From: Macrostomum lignano | Taxonomy: Eukaryota | Direction: 5' to 3' | NCBI GenBank assembly: GCA_002269645.1 | Contig: NIVC01000111.1 | Span: 248,001-312,000, forward strand | DNA: 64,000 nucleotides | Shown: positions 60,857 to 64,000 of the stretch, one piece after another | Position numbering within the stretch: the stretch's first letter is position 1 | How the letters are laid out: each line of letters starts with the position of its first letter | Made by a program: the position numbers and the translations under genes | Notes under the pieces: model-generated | Databases searched by the model: none | What the model was told of the DNA's origin: nothing | What the model saw: only the letters and a program-made list of their open reading frames with translations

Positions 60857-63800
60857 TTAGTCCAGGTCCATGTCGGCCTCCTTGCCGTTCACCTTGGCGC
60901 CACCGCTGGTGGACTTTTTCGCCGATCCCGGCGCGGCGGCGTTCTGGTCGCCGTCTTGCGCCGTTGCGTCCGGGCCGGCGGCTCCGTCAGCTGCGGGCTG
61001 GGGAGACGCCTGCGGCTGCTGCTGCTGCGGCGGAGGCTCCTCAACTTTCGGCGGCTGCGGCTTCGGCTTGTTCAGAATCGGGTTAACAGCGGATTCGAGG
61101 GCCGAGTGCTGCGAGCGAATGTCGGCTGAGGTCAGGCTGGGGTCCTGGTTGGCGGCCAGCCGGTTCTGCTCGTTCTGCTGGGTGATCAGCCACTGCTGCT
61201 TCTCGTCTATGGAGTCTGAGACTCGCTTCATCTGCAGTTTCGGTTGGGCTTGAAAATTATTGTTAAATTTGCATACTGCTCTCCCTAGCAACCACCTAGA
61301 TACCGAACCATTCACACCCTAGCAACCACCTAGATACTGAACCAAGCACTCCCTAAAGAATCTCACCTCCTCCTCAGTCAGGTGCGCCAGCGCCTCTTCC
61401 CCGTTGCGCCAGGCCTCCACAGCTTTCCTAGCGTGCTGCAGCGCGTGCCCGAGAGCATCAGCCGCCCTCGGCCGCTCCTCGAACTCCTTGGCTCGCCGCA
61501 GGAAACGTTCGCCAGGCCCGCGCAGCTCGGCCAGTTTGTCAACGTAGGCCTGCTTAGCCAGATTCTCGCCGTCGCCGTAGATCCAGTCCTCAGTGGCCGT
61601 GAGCAGCTGACTGTAGGACTCGCGCTCAGCCTCAGACACGAACTGCTCCAGCACGCTGGACAGTTTGTCCCGCATCTCGTAGACGTACTCTTCCACCGTG
61701 TTCCTGGCCAGACAGCGCTCGTGCTCGCGCGTCTCCTGCAGCACCATGTTGGCCTCGCGCTCCTGTAGTAAAATCAGAATTGGGCGCGTATGCGATTAGA
61801 CTACTTATTATGCGAGTAATTAGTAGTAACACAGGCCTATATAAAAACTCTTTTAAGCCCCTTGATCTCAGCTCAACTACCTGGTCCTTAACCAGCTCAA
61901 CCACCTGGTCCTTAACCAGCTCAGCCACCTGGTCCTTAACCAGCTCAACCACCTGGTCCTTAACCAGCTCAGCCACCTGGTCCTTAACCAGCTCAACCAC
62001 CTGGTCCTTAACCAGCTCAACCACTTGGTCCTCAACCAGCTCAGCCACCTGGTCCTTAACCAGCTCAGCCACCTGGTCCTTAACCAGCTCAGCCACCTGG
62101 TCCTTAACCAGCTCAGCCACCTGGTCCTTAACCAGCTCAACCACCTGGTCCTTAACCAGCTCAGCCACCTGGTCCTTAACCAGCTCAACCACCTGGTCCT
62201 CAACCAGCTCAGCCACCTGGTCCTTAACCAGCTCAACCACCTGGTCCTTAACCAGCTCAGCCACCTGGTCCTCAACCAGCTCAGCCACCTGGTCCTTAAC
62301 CAGCTCAACCACCTGGTCCTCAACCAGCTCAGCCACCTGGTCCTCAACCAGCTCAACCACCTGGTCCTCAACCAGCTCAGCCACCTGGTCCTTAACCAGC
62401 TCAACCACCTGGTCCTCAACCAGCTCAGCCACCTGGTCCTCAACCAGCTCAGCCACCTTGTCCTCAACCAGCTCAGCCACCTGGTCCTTAACCAGCTCAG
62501 CCACCTGGTCCTCAACCAGCTCAGCCACCTGGTCCTCAACCAGCTCAACCACCTGGTCCTTAACCAGCTCAGCCACCTGATCCTTAACCAGCTCAGCCAC
62601 CTGGTCCTTAACCAGCTCAACCACCTGGTCCTCAACCAGCTCAGCCACCTGGTCCTCAACCAGCTCAACCACCTGGTCCTCAGCAAGCTGTAACCTCAAA
62701 AAGAACTTCAAACGTGATTGTTAAACAGGCTTACCTGAAAATCGGTGAGCAATTTCTTGCTCAGCTGCTTGACGCAGTCGGCATCGATGGGCAGATCGGT
62801 GTACCGGGTGACCTTCTTGGTCTTCTTCTCAGCTGATTTCTTGGGATCAGCCGGGGCTGCTGCCTGCTGCTGCTGTCTCTCGGCCTGGTCGGCTCCGACT
62901 TCCATCGGGGAACCAGCCGAATCGGCAGCGGTTCCGCCTGGTGCGGCTTCGGCCTCGGCGACCACTTCGGCGGATTCCGCCGGAGCGTCGGTCTCCATCT
63001 TCTCTTCTGGCTCGTCTACCACCTGTAAATAGTTGGGGTTTTTGGAATGTTGGTTGAGTGAGATGTTTAATAGCTCTATAGTCAAAAAAACTAGTAGAGG
63101 TCAATTAGGGTCACGTTCATATTAGGTCAATTAAGGTCGAAGGCAAGACAGATGGGTCAACTGGGGTCACTGAAGGGAAGGCAATACAATACAGATGGGT
63201 CAACTGGGGTCACTGAAGGCGATACAATACAAATAAGGTCAACTGGGGTCACCGAAGGCAATACAATACAGATGGGGTCAACTAGGGTCACTGAAGGCAA
63301 TACAATACAGATCGGGTCAACAGGGGTCACCGAAGGCAATACAATACAGATGGGGTCAACTGGGGTCACTGAAGGCAATACAATACAGATGAGGTCAACT
63401 GGGGTCACTGAAGGCAATACAAGACAGATGGGGTCAACTGGGGTCACCGAAAGCAATACAATACAGATGGGGTCAACAGGGGTCACTGAAGGCAATACAG
63501 ATGAGGTTAACTGGGGTCTCCGAAGGCAATACAATACAGATCGGGGTCAAATGAGGTCATCAAGGACAACACAATACGAACTCGCAGTAAGAAAGCCTTA
63601 CCTTTTCCACAGTCTCAGCCAGCTTAGCCTGGCTCACAGTGAAGATACCGTGGCTATTTAATCGCACTTTCACTTTGATCCTGGCGGCCTCACCGCTTGG
63701 GCTGGGCTGCACGTTGCCAACGCTGAATTTGCCAATCAGAGGTGTTGGCACCGCCTGCGGATTTGTGTAGTGGGCGGCCAACTCGAATGCCGCTTTTCGA

Positions 63801-63980
63801 TAGAAAGTCAGCGTTCGCGACATGGGGAACTGGTAGCCTTCGGGGAAGACCTCCACGCTGTCGTCTTTGCCGTCGGCGTCCCGGTAGCTCAGCGAGATGG
63901 AGTAGGGCTGCCAGTCAGAGATGCTGAACTCGCGCACTTTGAAGGCCGGACTAAGAATGGCGCACATCAGGGCGCAGCCC
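60857..63980 (-). CDS. HSPA4: Hsp110 (HSPA4/HSPH1 family), 3' part. Exons 63602-63980, 62735-63022, 61367-61762, 60857-61231; upstream exons lie beyond the window
   Basis: GCALMCAILSPAFKVREFS, IKVKVRLNSHGIFTV, acidic insertion, ARNTVEEYVYEMRDKL, TEDWIYGDGE, C-terminal DMDLD. Last acceptor chosen as ctgcag|ATG at 61231; an alternative in-frame acceptor 18 nt upstream is possible. Confidence 0.92.
61870..62685. repeat. Intronic 24-bp minisatellite aaccagctca(g/a)ccacctggtcct(t/c)
   Basis: Read directly; stop-free in several frames. Confidence 0.95.
63150..63550. repeat. Intronic 39-bp minisatellite ggggtcaactggggtcactgaaggcaatacaatacagat
   Basis: Read directly; 13-aa periodicity. Confidence 0.9.
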
Positions 63981-64000
63981 CTGCAAATCCAATTCGGATT

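Noticed and set aside
61632-62711. 359-aa (LVKDQVAE)n ORF as an independent coiled-coil gene
   Set aside because: Lies in an Hsp110 intron, several frames on both strands are open because of the repeat, and there is no credible ATG. Kept only as the microexon hypothesis.
1-64000. Functional gene cluster (PC2 + GPCR + DHHC + MRH receptor + ACSL + LLTP as a secretory/lipid module)
   Set aside because: Mixed orientations, large repeat-filled gaps and broadly expressed gene families; chance adjacency is sufficient unless synteny is shown to be conserved.

Overview
Eukaryotic (animal) genomic DNA with spliceosomal introns. GC-rich exons, minisatellite-filled introns and dense MITEs resemble a free-living flatworm such as Macrostomum, but this cannot be verified from sequence alone. 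Seven genes can be reconstructed by hand from GT-AG junctions: the 5' part of a large lipid transfer protein (apolipophorin/vitellogenin-like, minus, runs off the left edge), an intronless-CDS prohormone convertase 2, a single-exon rhodopsin-family GPCR with a ~420-aa ectodomain, a DHHC palmitoyltransferase, an MRH-domain (CD-M6PR-like) receptor, an ACSL3/4-type acyl-CoA synthetase and the 3' part of an Hsp110. The rest is about 20 unrelated tandem arrays, a decayed internally deleted P-superfamily transposon with TIRs and a 7-bp TSD, several MITEs (one nested in an inverted copy of itself) and two CpG-depleted AT-rich blocks. No CRISPR, rRNA or tRNA was recognised. Best leads: the long-ectodomain GPCR, the one-private-minisatellite-per-intron architecture (two arrays contain AG|GT motifs), and the CpG-to-TpG/CpA/TpA erosion domains. 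Gene and TE coordinates were counted by eye; tandem-array boundaries are approximate.
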